Shown: in pieces, positions 18,194 through 25,650 of the stretch | Layout of the letters: each line of letters starts with the position of its first letter | Position numbering within the stretch: the stretch's first letter is position 1 | Origin: Bacilli bacterium | Lineage (GTDB): Bacteria > Bacillota_I > Bacilli_A > RF39 > UBA660 | Direction of reading: 5' to 3' | Length of the DNA: 40,045 nucleotides | NCBI GenBank assembly: GCA_045638445.1 | Contig: JAZUBJ010000106.1 | Location: 1 to 40,045 of the forward strand | Notes under the pieces: generated by a model | Databases searched by the model: none | Seen by the model: the letters and a program-made list of their open reading frames with translations, nothing else | Told to the model about the DNA's origin: nothing | Made by a program: the position numbers and the translations under genes

Positions 18194-18365
18194 AAGACAA
18201 AAAGAAATGTTGCAAGATTTATTAGATAGTAAAAATAATCAAATAAAACAATATAAATCTGTATTAGATGAAATAAGAGATGTATTAAATAATCAAATGG
18301 ATTATAGAGAATTTGTAGATATAGTAAATGCTATTGAAGAAATATTAGATAAGGTGAAAGAATGA
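18174..18365 (+). CDS. Hypothetical protein (about 60 aa)
   Basis: Overlapping coupled ORF, helical and charged. Confidence 0.45.
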   Translation: MVMRMNKRQKEMLQDLLDSKNNQIKQYKSVLDEIRDVLNNQMDYREFVDIVNAIEEILDKVKE

Positions 18366-18628
18366 AAGCAAAAGAAATGTTTGAAGAATTAGGGTATGAA
18401 CTTATTTCTGGAGATGATAATGAATTAATTAATTATAGAATTGATTTAGATTATACTTCTTTCATACAAGTGGTATTTAACAATAATACAAAAAGGTATT
18501 GGAGTGGAGAAACAAGAAAAACATATTTTGATGGTTATTTAAGAAAAGAAAATACACCAATTGGAATAGATTTGAATTTACAAAAAGCAATAAATAAACA
18601 AATAGAGGAATTGCACTGGAATGATTAG
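18362..18628 (+). CDS. Hypothetical protein (88 aa)
   Basis: Coupled ORF (ATGA overlap). Confidence 0.5.
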   Translation: MKAKEMFEELGYELISGDDNELINYRIDLDYTSFIQVVFNNNTKRYWSGETRKTYFDGYLRKENTPIGIDLNLQKAINKQIEELHWND

Positions 18629-19115
18629 ATGTTGGAAAGATATTAAAGGTTATGGAGGTAAATATAAAATATCTAATTATGGTGATGTTGTATCTCTTCC
18701 TAGGTTTAAACAAAATCATAGTAAATTACAAGAAGTTCCTATCAAAGTAATTAGTAAATATACAAATAAGAAAAATGGCTATGTATATGTTTATTTATGT
18801 AATGATGGGAAATACAAAAATATAAGACTTCATAAATTAGTTGCAGAAAATTTTATAGATAATCCAAATAACTATAAACAAATAAATCACAAAGATGGAA
18901 ATAAAAAAAATAATAGAGTTGATAACTTAGAATGGTGTAGTTGTTCTTACAATATTAAAGATATGTATAAAAGAAATGGGAAATATCAACAAGACAAGAA
19001 TATAATAAATGATTATTTAAAATTAAAATCTTGTAGAAAAGTTGCTAAAATTTACAATATGTCAAGTGAAAATATAAGATGTATTTTAAAGAGAAATAAT
19101 GTAGATAGAAGTTAG
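18621..19115 (+). CDS. HNH homing endonuclease (NUMOD4-like N-terminus, HNH_3 core, C-terminal HTH)
   Basis: WKDIKGYGGKYKISNYGDV motif, INHKDGNKKNNRVDNLEW HNH motif, and a C-terminal KVAKIYNMSSENIRCILKR helix-turn-helix. Confidence 0.8.
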   Translation: MIRCWKDIKGYGGKYKISNYGDVVSLPRFKQNHSKLQEVPIKVISKYTNKKNGYVYVYLCNDGKYKNIRLHKLVAENFIDNPNNYKQINHKDGNKKNNRVDNLEWCSCSYNIKDMYKRNGKYQQDKNIINDYLKLKSCRKVAKIYNMSSENIRCILKRNNVDRS

Positions 19116-19127
19116 GATGGTTAGAAA

Positions 19128-19277
19128 ATGATAATAAAGAATAAAGAGTTAGAAAAAATGTTAAAAGAAAAAGGAAGAAGATATACTTTAACGATGTATG
19201 TTAATAGATTATTCCACATGACTAATAAACAATTAGATTATGTTTTAGCTTGGAAGGAGGAAGAAAAACATGGATAA
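19128..19277 (+). CDS. Small hypothetical protein (49 aa)
   Basis: Not in the track. It fills an otherwise non-coding gap and has a weak RBS. Confidence 0.35.
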   Translation: MIIKNKELEKMLKEKGRRYTLTMYVNRLFHMTNKQLDYVLAWKEEEKHG

Positions 19278-19425
19278 TTTTTATTTAACCGACGAAGATA
19301 TACATGGATGCGAAGAAAACGAAACAGAAATGATTTTGAGAGATAGATTGAAAAAGGCAGAAGAAAGAATAAAAGAACTAGAAGAAATAATTGAGGAATC
19401 AATAAAAACATTAAGTAAAAAATAA
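19270..19425 (+). CDS. Small acidic coiled-coil protein (51 aa)
   Basis: Not in the track. RBS GGAAGGAGGAAG lies upstream. Confidence 0.35.
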   Translation: MDNFYLTDEDIHGCEENETEMILRDRLKKAEERIKELEEIIEESIKTLSKK

Positions 19426-19452
19426 TTAATAAAAGCGAAAGTGGGTGTAAAA

Positions 19453-19659
19453 ATGAATTTTAAAAAAGAAATTGAATGTTTTAATAAATTGTGCAAATAT
19501 CGTGTTAGGTGTAAATGTTCACATACTATTATTATGCCTAAATCCGATAGAGTAATTTGTTCTTATTGCAAAAAATGGATATATCGTACACCCGAAATAG
19601 AGTTTAAATATAAGTTGCAGGAAAAAATAAAAGAAATGGAAAAAGAAAAAAATGAATGA
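19453..19659 (+). CDS. Zinc-ribbon-like small protein
   Basis: Two Cys pairs (C-x-x-x-x-x-C-x-C ... C-x-x-C). The ATG at 19453 is preferred over the GTG at 19441. Confidence 0.5.
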   Translation: MNFKKEIECFNKLCKYRVRCKCSHTIIMPKSDRVICSYCKKWIYRTPEIEFKYKLQEKIKEMEKEKNE

Positions 19660-20209
19660 AACTATATTTTTAGAAAATAAAGCATTGATAAATTTTATTA
19701 TAAAAAAAATGAAACTTAATTACAATTTAGAAGAATGTTATATGGTTGGTGAAGAAGCCCTCATAAAAGCCACAAAAACATTTGATGAAACAAAAGGTTA
19801 TAAATTTAGCAGTTATGCAACCAAATATATTCAGTATGAGTTATCAAATTATTTGCAATATAAAAAATGTGGAAAAAGAAAATATGATGATTATTTGATT
19901 TCATTAAATGAAGAAATAGAAAATACAGACACAACATTACTTGAAATGATAGATAGTGGAATTAACCTAGAAGAAGATATTTTAAAACAAGAAAAAATAA
20001 AACTACTTAAAGATATAGTTTATATTTTAGAACCGCAAGATAAATTTATGTTAGAACATTATTTTGAACTTTGGGGGAATAAAAAAATGACTCAATTAGA
20101 AATTGCCAAAGTTTTAAATGTTAAACAAAATTATGTTTCTTTCAGAATAAAAAGGGCAATGAGAATAATTAAAAAGATAATGGAGGATAAGTATGGAAAA
20201 GAAAATTAA
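19652..20209 (+). CDS. Sigma-70 family RNA polymerase sigma factor (regions 2 and 4 only)
   Basis: Region 2: EEALIKATKTFDETKGYKFSSYATKYIQYELSNYL. Region 4 HTH: MTQLEIAKVLNVKQNYVSFRIKRAMRIIKK. Confidence 0.8.
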   Translation: MNETIFLENKALINFIIKKMKLNYNLEECYMVGEEALIKATKTFDETKGYKFSSYATKYIQYELSNYLQYKKCGKRKYDDYLISLNEEIENTDTTLLEMIDSGINLEEDILKQEKIKLLKDIVYILEPQDKFMLEHYFELWGNKKMTQLEIAKVLNVKQNYVSFRIKRAMRIIKKIMEDKYGKEN

Positions 20210-20522
20210 AATAATAGATTTATTAAATAAAATAGCAAATGGTGAAGAAGTACCAGAAAAAATAAAATTTCAAAATTGTATTTATACAACAAAAAATCCT
20301 GTTGTTAATGAATATAGAACTGAAGATGGGCGAACATTAACTGAAAATCATTATATGGTTGAAGCCTTTCTAACTAATGAAGTAGAAATACTAGATGAAG
20401 AAGATGAATTTGAAGATATTGAAGAATTAACTTGTAATGAATATGATTTTGAGAAAAAAGCAATCAATCAATTAATCAAAAACCAAAAGAAGATAATAGA
20501 GAGGTTAAAAGATGAAAAATAA
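20193..20522 (+). CDS. Hypothetical acidic protein (109 aa)
   Basis: ORF overlapping the end of the sigma gene, with an acidic stretch EILDEEDEFEDIEE. Confidence 0.5.
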   Translation: MEKKIKIIDLLNKIANGEEVPEKIKFQNCIYTTKNPVVNEYRTEDGRTLTENHYMVEAFLTNEVEILDEEDEFEDIEELTCNEYDFEKKAINQLIKNQKKIIERLKDEK

Positions 20523-20733
20523 ACTAACATTTTCGCAACAAGTAATACTTGACTGTGTAAAAAGATATTACGAAGAACATTACGAAGCACCTACGCTTGA
20601 GGAAATATGTTATATGGCTGACTTAAATACAATTTCAACAGTCCATATTCATTTAAAAAACCTACAAAAGAAAGGTTATATTGAAGTGCAACCCAGAATC
20701 AAGCGTGGCATTAAAATTTTAAAACAAGATTAA
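20512..20733 (+). CDS. Stand-alone LexA-type winged-helix DNA-binding domain (no S24 peptidase domain)
   Basis: 73 aa. It aligns by eye to the E. coli LexA N-terminus: LTxxQQ, PTxxEI, HLKxLxxKGxIE, RGIxxL. It stops where the LexA hinge and cleavage site would begin. Confidence 0.75.
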   Translation: MKNKLTFSQQVILDCVKRYYEEHYEAPTLEEICYMADLNTISTVHIHLKNLQKKGYIEVQPRIKRGIKILKQD

Positions 20734-20879
20734 AACCTATTTATTTGCGTTTTAAGACACTTTTATAGTCAGCTAGTATATTTATACTATTTTGATGTTT
20801 TCATTTGCTACACGCAAGAATTTCAAGGCGTAGTGTGAAAATATAACGAATTATGAACTAATTAAAACTAAAAAAGGAG

Positions 20880-21161
20880 ATGAATGATATGAAATGGGAA
20901 TTATCACCATTAGAAGAGCAAGAAACTTTAATTAATATTGATTATTTTGAAAGGACTATTAAAATTTATACAAATAGAAAGTCGGTTGCAGATAGATTAA
21001 TTAGAAAAATTGGTGAACCAACTAAAAAATATGAAAATGATGGCTCAGTTTATGCAATCGAATATGTTAGAAATTTATTTGATAAAGATTTAGCAAAATT
21101 CTTTTCAAAAGCATTATTAGTTGGAAGTTTTAGAGAAAAAGAAGAAAAAGAGGAAGAATAG
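20880..21161 (+). CDS. Hypothetical protein (93 aa)
   Basis: ORF with AAAGGAGA RBS following a 146-nt intergenic region. Confidence 0.5.
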   Translation: MNDMKWELSPLEEQETLINIDYFERTIKIYTNRKSVADRLIRKIGEPTKKYENDGSVYAIEYVRNLFDKDLAKFFSKALLVGSFREKEEKEEE

Positions 21162-21509
21162 ATGGAAAAAGATTTATTAAAAATAATTGAACATTTTAAA
21201 GTAAATAATCAACAGAGAAAATTACAAGAAGAGGTTTTTGAATTACAGGAAGCAATTACCAAACATGAAAATAAAAATCCAATAATAACTGCAATTGATA
21301 CATTAAACAAAGTTGCTAATAATATAAATGGTAAAGAATATAAAATGCTTAGCATTGAAAATATAAAAGAAGAAATTGCTGACATTTGTGTTATACTAAG
21401 ACAATTTATGGAATATTATGATATAACTCAAGATGAAATAACAGATAAAATGGTTGAAAAAATCAATCGTACCTTAGAAAGAATTGAAAGTGGGTATTAT
21501 GAAAAATAA
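21162..21509 (+). CDS. MazG-like nucleotide pyrophosphohydrolase
   Basis: All-alpha, 115 aa, with the EExxE ... EExxD pattern (LQEEVFELQEA ... IKEEIADICVIL). Confidence 0.5.
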   Translation: MEKDLLKIIEHFKVNNQQRKLQEEVFELQEAITKHENKNPIITAIDTLNKVANNINGKEYKMLSIENIKEEIADICVILRQFMEYYDITQDEITDKMVEKINRTLERIESGYYEK

Positions 21510-21948
21510 TATTATAATTTGTGATACTCGTGAGAAAGGCAACAAGAAAATTCTTGAATATTTCGACAGTGTGAATCAAGACTATATCATTTCAAAATTG
21601 GATGCGGGGGATTACAAGCTATACAAAGACTACACCACTATCATCGATAAAAAAGATGGCTTACTCGAACTCGCTGGTAATCTCTGCCACACTCAGGAAC
21701 ACGAACGTATAAAAAGAGAAATTGCCAAAGCTCGTGAACTTGGTTGTCAAAACTTTATCTTCTTGATTCAAGATAACAAAATTAAATCAACTGAAGATAT
21801 CGCCAATTGGACTTCACCACATACTAAGGTAAAGGGTGCTACTTTATTGAAAATAATGAGGACAATGAAGGAGAAATATGGTGTTAGGTTCATTATTGTT
21901 CCCAAAAAAAATATGGGAGAAATGATTATAAAATTGTTAGGAGAATAA
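21484..21948 (+). CDS. ERCC4/Mus81-type nuclease-like protein (possible junction resolvase)
   Basis: CDTREK, LDAGDY and IIDKKDGLLEL resemble the D-x-R-E / G-D-Y / E-R-K-x-x-x-D-L ERCC4 signature, with E-R-K replaced by D-K-K. Confidence 0.5.
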   Translation: MKVGIMKNNIIICDTREKGNKKILEYFDSVNQDYIISKLDAGDYKLYKDYTTIIDKKDGLLELAGNLCHTQEHERIKREIAKARELGCQNFIFLIQDNKIKSTEDIANWTSPHTKVKGATLLKIMRTMKEKYGVRFIIVPKKNMGEMIIKLLGE

Positions 21949-21949
21949 A

Positions 21950-22111
21950 ATGGAAATAGAATGTTATAAGTTGCTGAAACAATATAAAAATAGGCTAACG
22001 ATACAACAATACAAGACCTTAAAAGGTCAAATAAACTCAGGGGATTATGATGGGTTCGTAAAAGGTTTATTTAAGATAGCAAAAAGAAAGGTATTAAAAA
22101 ATGAAAATTAA
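21950..22111 (+). CDS. Small hypothetical protein (53 aa)
   Basis: Not in the track. It fills the gap before the methyltransferase and overlaps that gene's start. Confidence 0.3.
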   Translation: MEIECYKLLKQYKNRLTIQQYKTLKGQINSGDYDGFVKGLFKIAKRKVLKNEN

Positions 22112-23303
22112 AGTATTAGAATTATTCGGCGGAATAGGGGCTTTTAGTAAAGCTCTTGAAAGATTAGGAATAGAATATGAAATTGCAGACTATGTAGAAA
22201 TAGATAAATATGCAGTAGCAAGTTACAATGCAATGCACAATACAAACTTCGAGCCACAAGACATATGCCAATGGAACAAAGATATAGAAGTAGATTTAAT
22301 AATGCATGGATCACCTTGTCAAGATTTTTCCCTAGCAGGAAAACAAGCGGGTGGAGATGAAGGAAGTGGAACTAGAAGTAGTTTAATGTATGAAACAATA
22401 AGAATAGTGGAAAAACTGAAGCCTAAATATGTGATATGGGAAAATGTGAAGAACTTATTAAGTAAGAAACATAGACATAACTTTGATGCTTATTTAGAAA
22501 CAATGGAACAGTTAGGTTATACAAATTATTATCAAGTATTAAATGCAAAAGACTATGGTATTCCACAAAATAGGGAAAGAGTGTTTACTATTAGCATAAG
22601 AAAAGACATTGATAAAGGCTATACATTCCTAGAACCACAAGAACTTAAATTAAAACTAAAAGATATGTTAGAAGATGAAGTTGATGAAAAGTATTATTTA
22701 AGTGATGAAATGGTTAATAAAATAAGAGCAAGTAACTTTATGCAAGAAAGAAAGAGAATACAAGAAAAAGAATATTGCGATACTCTGTTGGCAAGAGATT
22801 GGAAGGATCCTAAATGTATAGAAATTAAAGAAGCCACAAAACAAGGTTATAAAGAAGCATTTGAAGGTGATGGTGTAAACATATCCTCAAGAATGAAATA
22901 TCAAAGGGGTAATGTTCAAAAAGAAAGCATACAAACCATTACAACATCAGGTGGAAATGATAGAGGAGTGGTTTTAAAATCAAAATGTAAAAGGCTAGAA
23001 AGTTTAGTTGAGAAAACTGATTTTGAAGAAGGCAAAGTGTTAAATATGGATCTATATAATCAAACAACTAATGAAAATATAAGCCAATGCTTAACAGAAC
23101 CACATCATAATTCACAAAGGTTATTTGATGGATTAAGAATAAGAAAACTCACACCATGTGAGACTTGGTTGCTTATGGGTTTTGATAAATCAGATTATGA
23201 GAAAGCATCTAAAGTTAATTCAAATACTCAATTATATAAACAAGCAGGTAACTCAATTGTAGTAAATGTATTAGAAGCAATATTAACTAACTTGCTAAAA
23301 TAA
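22101..23303 (+). CDS. DNA (cytosine-5) methyltransferase
   Basis: Motif I ELFGGIGAF, motif IV GSPCQDFS, motif VI ENVKNL, motif VIII QNRERVF, motif IX RKLTPCETWLLMGF, motif X GNSIVVNV. Confidence 0.95.
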   Translation: MKIKVLELFGGIGAFSKALERLGIEYEIADYVEIDKYAVASYNAMHNTNFEPQDICQWNKDIEVDLIMHGSPCQDFSLAGKQAGGDEGSGTRSSLMYETIRIVEKLKPKYVIWENVKNLLSKKHRHNFDAYLETMEQLGYTNYYQVLNAKDYGIPQNRERVFTISIRKDIDKGYTFLEPQELKLKLKDMLEDEVDEKYYLSDEMVNKIRASNFMQERKRIQEKEYCDTLLARDWKDPKCIEIKEATKQGYKEAFEGDGVNISSRMKYQRGNVQKESIQTITTSGGNDRGVVLKSKCKRLESLVEKTDFEEGKVLNMDLYNQTTNENISQCLTEPHHNSQRLFDGLRIRKLTPCETWLLMGFDKSDYEKASKVNSNTQLYKQAGNSIVVNVLEAILTNLLK

Positions 23304-23310
23304 TTATTCT

Positions 23311-23320
23311 GTGGTATAAT
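23311..23320 (+). promoter_or_regulatory. GTGGTATAAT motif copy 3
   Basis: Exact 10-mer 7 nt after the methyltransferase stop. It is followed within 3 nt by a terminator hairpin, so promoter function here is doubtful. Confidence 0.3.
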
Positions 23321-23322
23321 GT

Positions 23323-23363
23323 ATTTAGTGGTATCCACCACTAAATCTTTTTATTCTTTTTTT
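23323..23363 (+). terminator. Rho-independent terminator
   Basis: Perfect 10-bp stem atttagtggt/accactaaat with a 4-nt loop, followed by a T-rich tail. Confidence 0.65.
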
Positions 23364-23371
23364 GTAAAATT

Positions 23372-23420
23372 AGAACAAAGTTTTTTTCATGTTTTTTCAC
23401 CCCCCTTTGTTCTTTTTTTA
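23372..23420 (+). terminator. Second hairpin plus T run (large-loop terminator-like element)
   Basis: agaacaaag / ctttgttct 9-bp stem with a 24-nt loop containing a C6 tract, followed by T7. Confidence 0.4.
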
Positions 23421-23448
23421 TGTTTTTATATCACAATGTATCAATTTT

Positions 23449-23458
23449 GTGGTATAAT
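23449..23458 (+). promoter_or_regulatory. GTGGTATAAT motif copy 4; likely promoter of the packaging/head operon
   Basis: Extended -10 TGgTATAAT located 33 nt upstream of the first gene of the packaging block. Confidence 0.5.
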
Positions 23459-23490
23459 TATATTAGAAATAAAAAGGCAGGGTTGATATT

Positions 23491-23736
23491 ATGGAAATAT
23501 ACATTAATCCAAATTCAACATTTAGAGAAATAGTAGATAATATAGAGGCGATTAAATCCCACGTTAGGGATACTATCGGCTCTTTTTCTTCGTTTGAAAT
23601 GAAGCAACAACTTAAATTTAAACAAGAACTACGAAACCAAATATATGCTCTAAAATTTGAATTATGGAAAAAAGAAAGAATTTTGGAAACAATCTACGAT
23701 TACTTTCCGATTCACAAATTAAAAGGAATTAAATAA
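23491..23736 (+). CDS. Hypothetical protein (81 aa)
   Basis: First ORF after the promoter. No motif recognised. Confidence 0.5.
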   Translation: MEIYINPNSTFREIVDNIEAIKSHVRDTIGSFSSFEMKQQLKFKQELRNQIYALKFELWKKERILETIYDYFPIHKLKGIK

Positions 23737-23752
23737 ACAGGGGAGAACAAAA

Positions 23753-24526
23753 ATGAAAATAATTAACATTAACTTAGGAAAAGACCTAAAAGAATTACGC
23801 ATTATACCGATAAGTGACGTACATATCGGCGACAAATTAACTAACTATAAACTATTAAAACAAGTGATTGAAACAATAAAAGACACACCGAACGTTTATA
23901 CAATCCTTAATGGTGATTTATGCAATACTGCGTTAAAAAATAGTAAATCAGATGTATATAGTGATGATTTAACACCGATGGAACAAATTTTAAAATTGGT
24001 TGAAATATTAGAACCTATAAAAGACAAAATACTTGTTATAGGAACTGGAAACCACGAAGATAGAATATCAAAAGAAACAAATATTGATATTATCAGGTTG
24101 GTTGCTAGAGAATTGGGCATAGAAGATAGATATGCTAATAATTGGTGGTATTTATTTTTAAGATTTGGTGAAAAAGAGAGAGGAAGAAAAGCGCCAATGT
24201 GTTACCAAATAACTGGCTATCATGGCTCAGGAGGTGGCAGAAAAACAGGCGGTAAAGCAAACAGACTAGAAGAAATGAGTCAAACAGTAATAGCAGACTT
24301 ATACATAATGGGGCATACACACAAACCATTATCAACTAAAGGTGCTATATACTTACCGGATTATGCAAACAATTCACTTAATAAAAAACAACTTTACTAC
24401 TTAATGACTAACTCATTCTTAGACTATGGTGGCTATGGTGAAAAACTTGGATTTAGTCCAACTGACAACACTCCAACCGAAGCTATACTTGACGGAACTA
24501 AGAGAAAAATAAAAATAATTTTGTAG
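23753..24526 (+). CDS. Calcineurin-like metallophosphoesterase
   Basis: Motifs SDVHIGD, NGDLCN, GTGNHE and GHTHKP, in canonical order. Confidence 0.8.
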   Translation: MKIININLGKDLKELRIIPISDVHIGDKLTNYKLLKQVIETIKDTPNVYTILNGDLCNTALKNSKSDVYSDDLTPMEQILKLVEILEPIKDKILVIGTGNHEDRISKETNIDIIRLVARELGIEDRYANNWWYLFLRFGEKERGRKAPMCYQITGYHGSGGGRKTGGKANRLEEMSQTVIADLYIMGHTHKPLSTKGAIYLPDYANNSLNKKQLYYLMTNSFLDYGGYGEKLGFSPTDNTPTEAILDGTKRKIKIIL

Positions 24527-24536
24527 GGGGTGTTAT

Positions 24537-24953
24537 ATGAAACCAATTACTCGTGAGATGATTAAACTTTATGGCATCAAAGATTTTGACTTTATGGGCT
24601 ACGATATTAAACGAAAGGAATCACTATCATTCCACCACCTTATCGTTCCTCGCCGACATTGCAAACAAGAAGGATTAGGTGAGGGATATTTTATATGGAA
24701 CGGTGCTATTTTACGCCAGGACACATCACACGACTATTTGCATACTATTGAAACTATTGATTATGATGTATTTTCTGCACTAACTTCGGAAATGATAGAT
24801 ATGAACATAAAAGGTTATTTAGATATTCAAAACCTACGCTACATCAAGGATATTTTGCTTTATTTTGAGCGTGAACACGACCACGATAGAAGTAGAAAGG
24901 GGCGCCTTTTAATCAAGCGAGAATACACTCACAATCGCTTTAACTGGGAGTAA
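24537..24953 (+). CDS. HNH-type endonuclease associated with the terminase
   Basis: SFHHLIVPRRH ... NGAIL ... HDYLH pattern, positioned just upstream of the terminase genes. Confidence 0.5.
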   Translation: MKPITREMIKLYGIKDFDFMGYDIKRKESLSFHHLIVPRRHCKQEGLGEGYFIWNGAILRQDTSHDYLHTIETIDYDVFSALTSEMIDMNIKGYLDIQNLRYIKDILLYFEREHDHDRSRKGRLLIKREYTHNRFNWE

Positions 24954-24974
24954 TTAGACTTTTTCTCCCTTTTA

Positions 24975-24983
24975 TGTTATAAT
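24975..24983 (+). promoter_or_regulatory. Extended -10 promoter element (TGTTATAAT)
   Basis: Exact TGnTATAAT in the intergenic region after the HNH gene. Confidence 0.35.
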
Positions 24984-25033
24984 TTTATTTGAAATTTAGA
25001 AGAAAAGTAGGTGGTAATATTAACATCGACAAA

Positions 25034-25204
25034 ATGATAAATATGTTATTACTTAAACTTTCTAAAACACACGATATATTCTTTATAGAAAAACGAAATT
25101 ATTGTGATGATAAAGTTTACAAAACATTTATTGTTAAAATAGATAAGACTAGCGAAGAATTTAGGAATAAACGTGATTTATTAATATTTTTATCAAAACA
25201 TTAA
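25034..25204 (+). CDS. Small hypothetical protein (56 aa from the ATG; the track models a TTG start at 24989)
   Basis: The TTG at 24989 would lie at the predicted transcription start, so the first ATG is used. The start remains uncertain. Confidence 0.4.
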   Translation: MINMLLLKLSKTHDIFFIEKRNYCDDKVYKTFIVKIDKTSEEFRNKRDLLIFLSKH

Positions 25205-25218
25205 AGGAGATGATATAA

Positions 25219-25650
25219 TTGGCAAAATTAACTGATTTGGAAAAGCAACAAATTATTGCTGATTATATTGAAACGCAAAATTATAGTGAAGTTGCTAAAA
25301 AATATAACAGAAGTGTTGAAACTATTAGAAATGTTGTTAAAGCTAACAAAGACGTTGGAAAAAAATTGAAACAAAAAAAAGAAGAAAACACTCAATCTAC
25401 AATAGAATATATGCAAACGCAACACGAAAGCAAAAAGAGAATCTTAGATAAAATATTAAAGGCAATAGAAGAAAAAGCAGATAATATTGATATGTTTACA
25501 AATATAAAAGATTTAGCAACTGCTTACGGAATTATTTTAGATAAAGAACTTAAATTTATGGAAATGCAACGTGGAAATGCTAATAACGAAGAATTAAACA
25601 AAGTTAAAGAGTTACTTACAAAGATAAGTGATGGTGCTAACAATGGGTAA
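25219..25650 (+). CDS. terS: Terminase small subunit
   Basis: 143 aa with N-terminal HTH (NYSEVAKKYNRSVETIRNVV) and a coiled-coil centre. TTG start sits 8 nt after the AAAGGAGA RBS, directly upstream of TerL. Confidence 0.6.
   Translation: MAKLTDLEKQQIIADYIETQNYSEVAKKYNRSVETIRNVVKANKDVGKKLKQKKEENTQSTIEYMQTQHESKKRILDKILKAIEEKADNIDMFTNIKDLATAYGIILDKELKFMEMQRGNANNEELNKVKELLTKISDGANNG

Noticed and set aside
20734-20879. Intergenic region after the LexA-like gene, inspected for a tRNA, sRNA or terminator (ttaaaac...gttttaa and ctac...gtag pairings)
   Set aside because: It contains only short, imperfect stems without T runs or cloverleaf geometry, and there is no convincing promoter. This is not enough to call a feature.
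23370-23390. Minus-strand mini-ORF MKKTLF with a near-perfect SD (AAGGGGGGTG, 7-nt spacing) inside the second hairpin after the methyltransferase gene
   Set aside because: It has only 6 codons, no promoter is evident on the minus strand, and no other credible minus-strand gene exists in the genome. The G-run is more simply the complement of the C6 tract in the hairpin loop.
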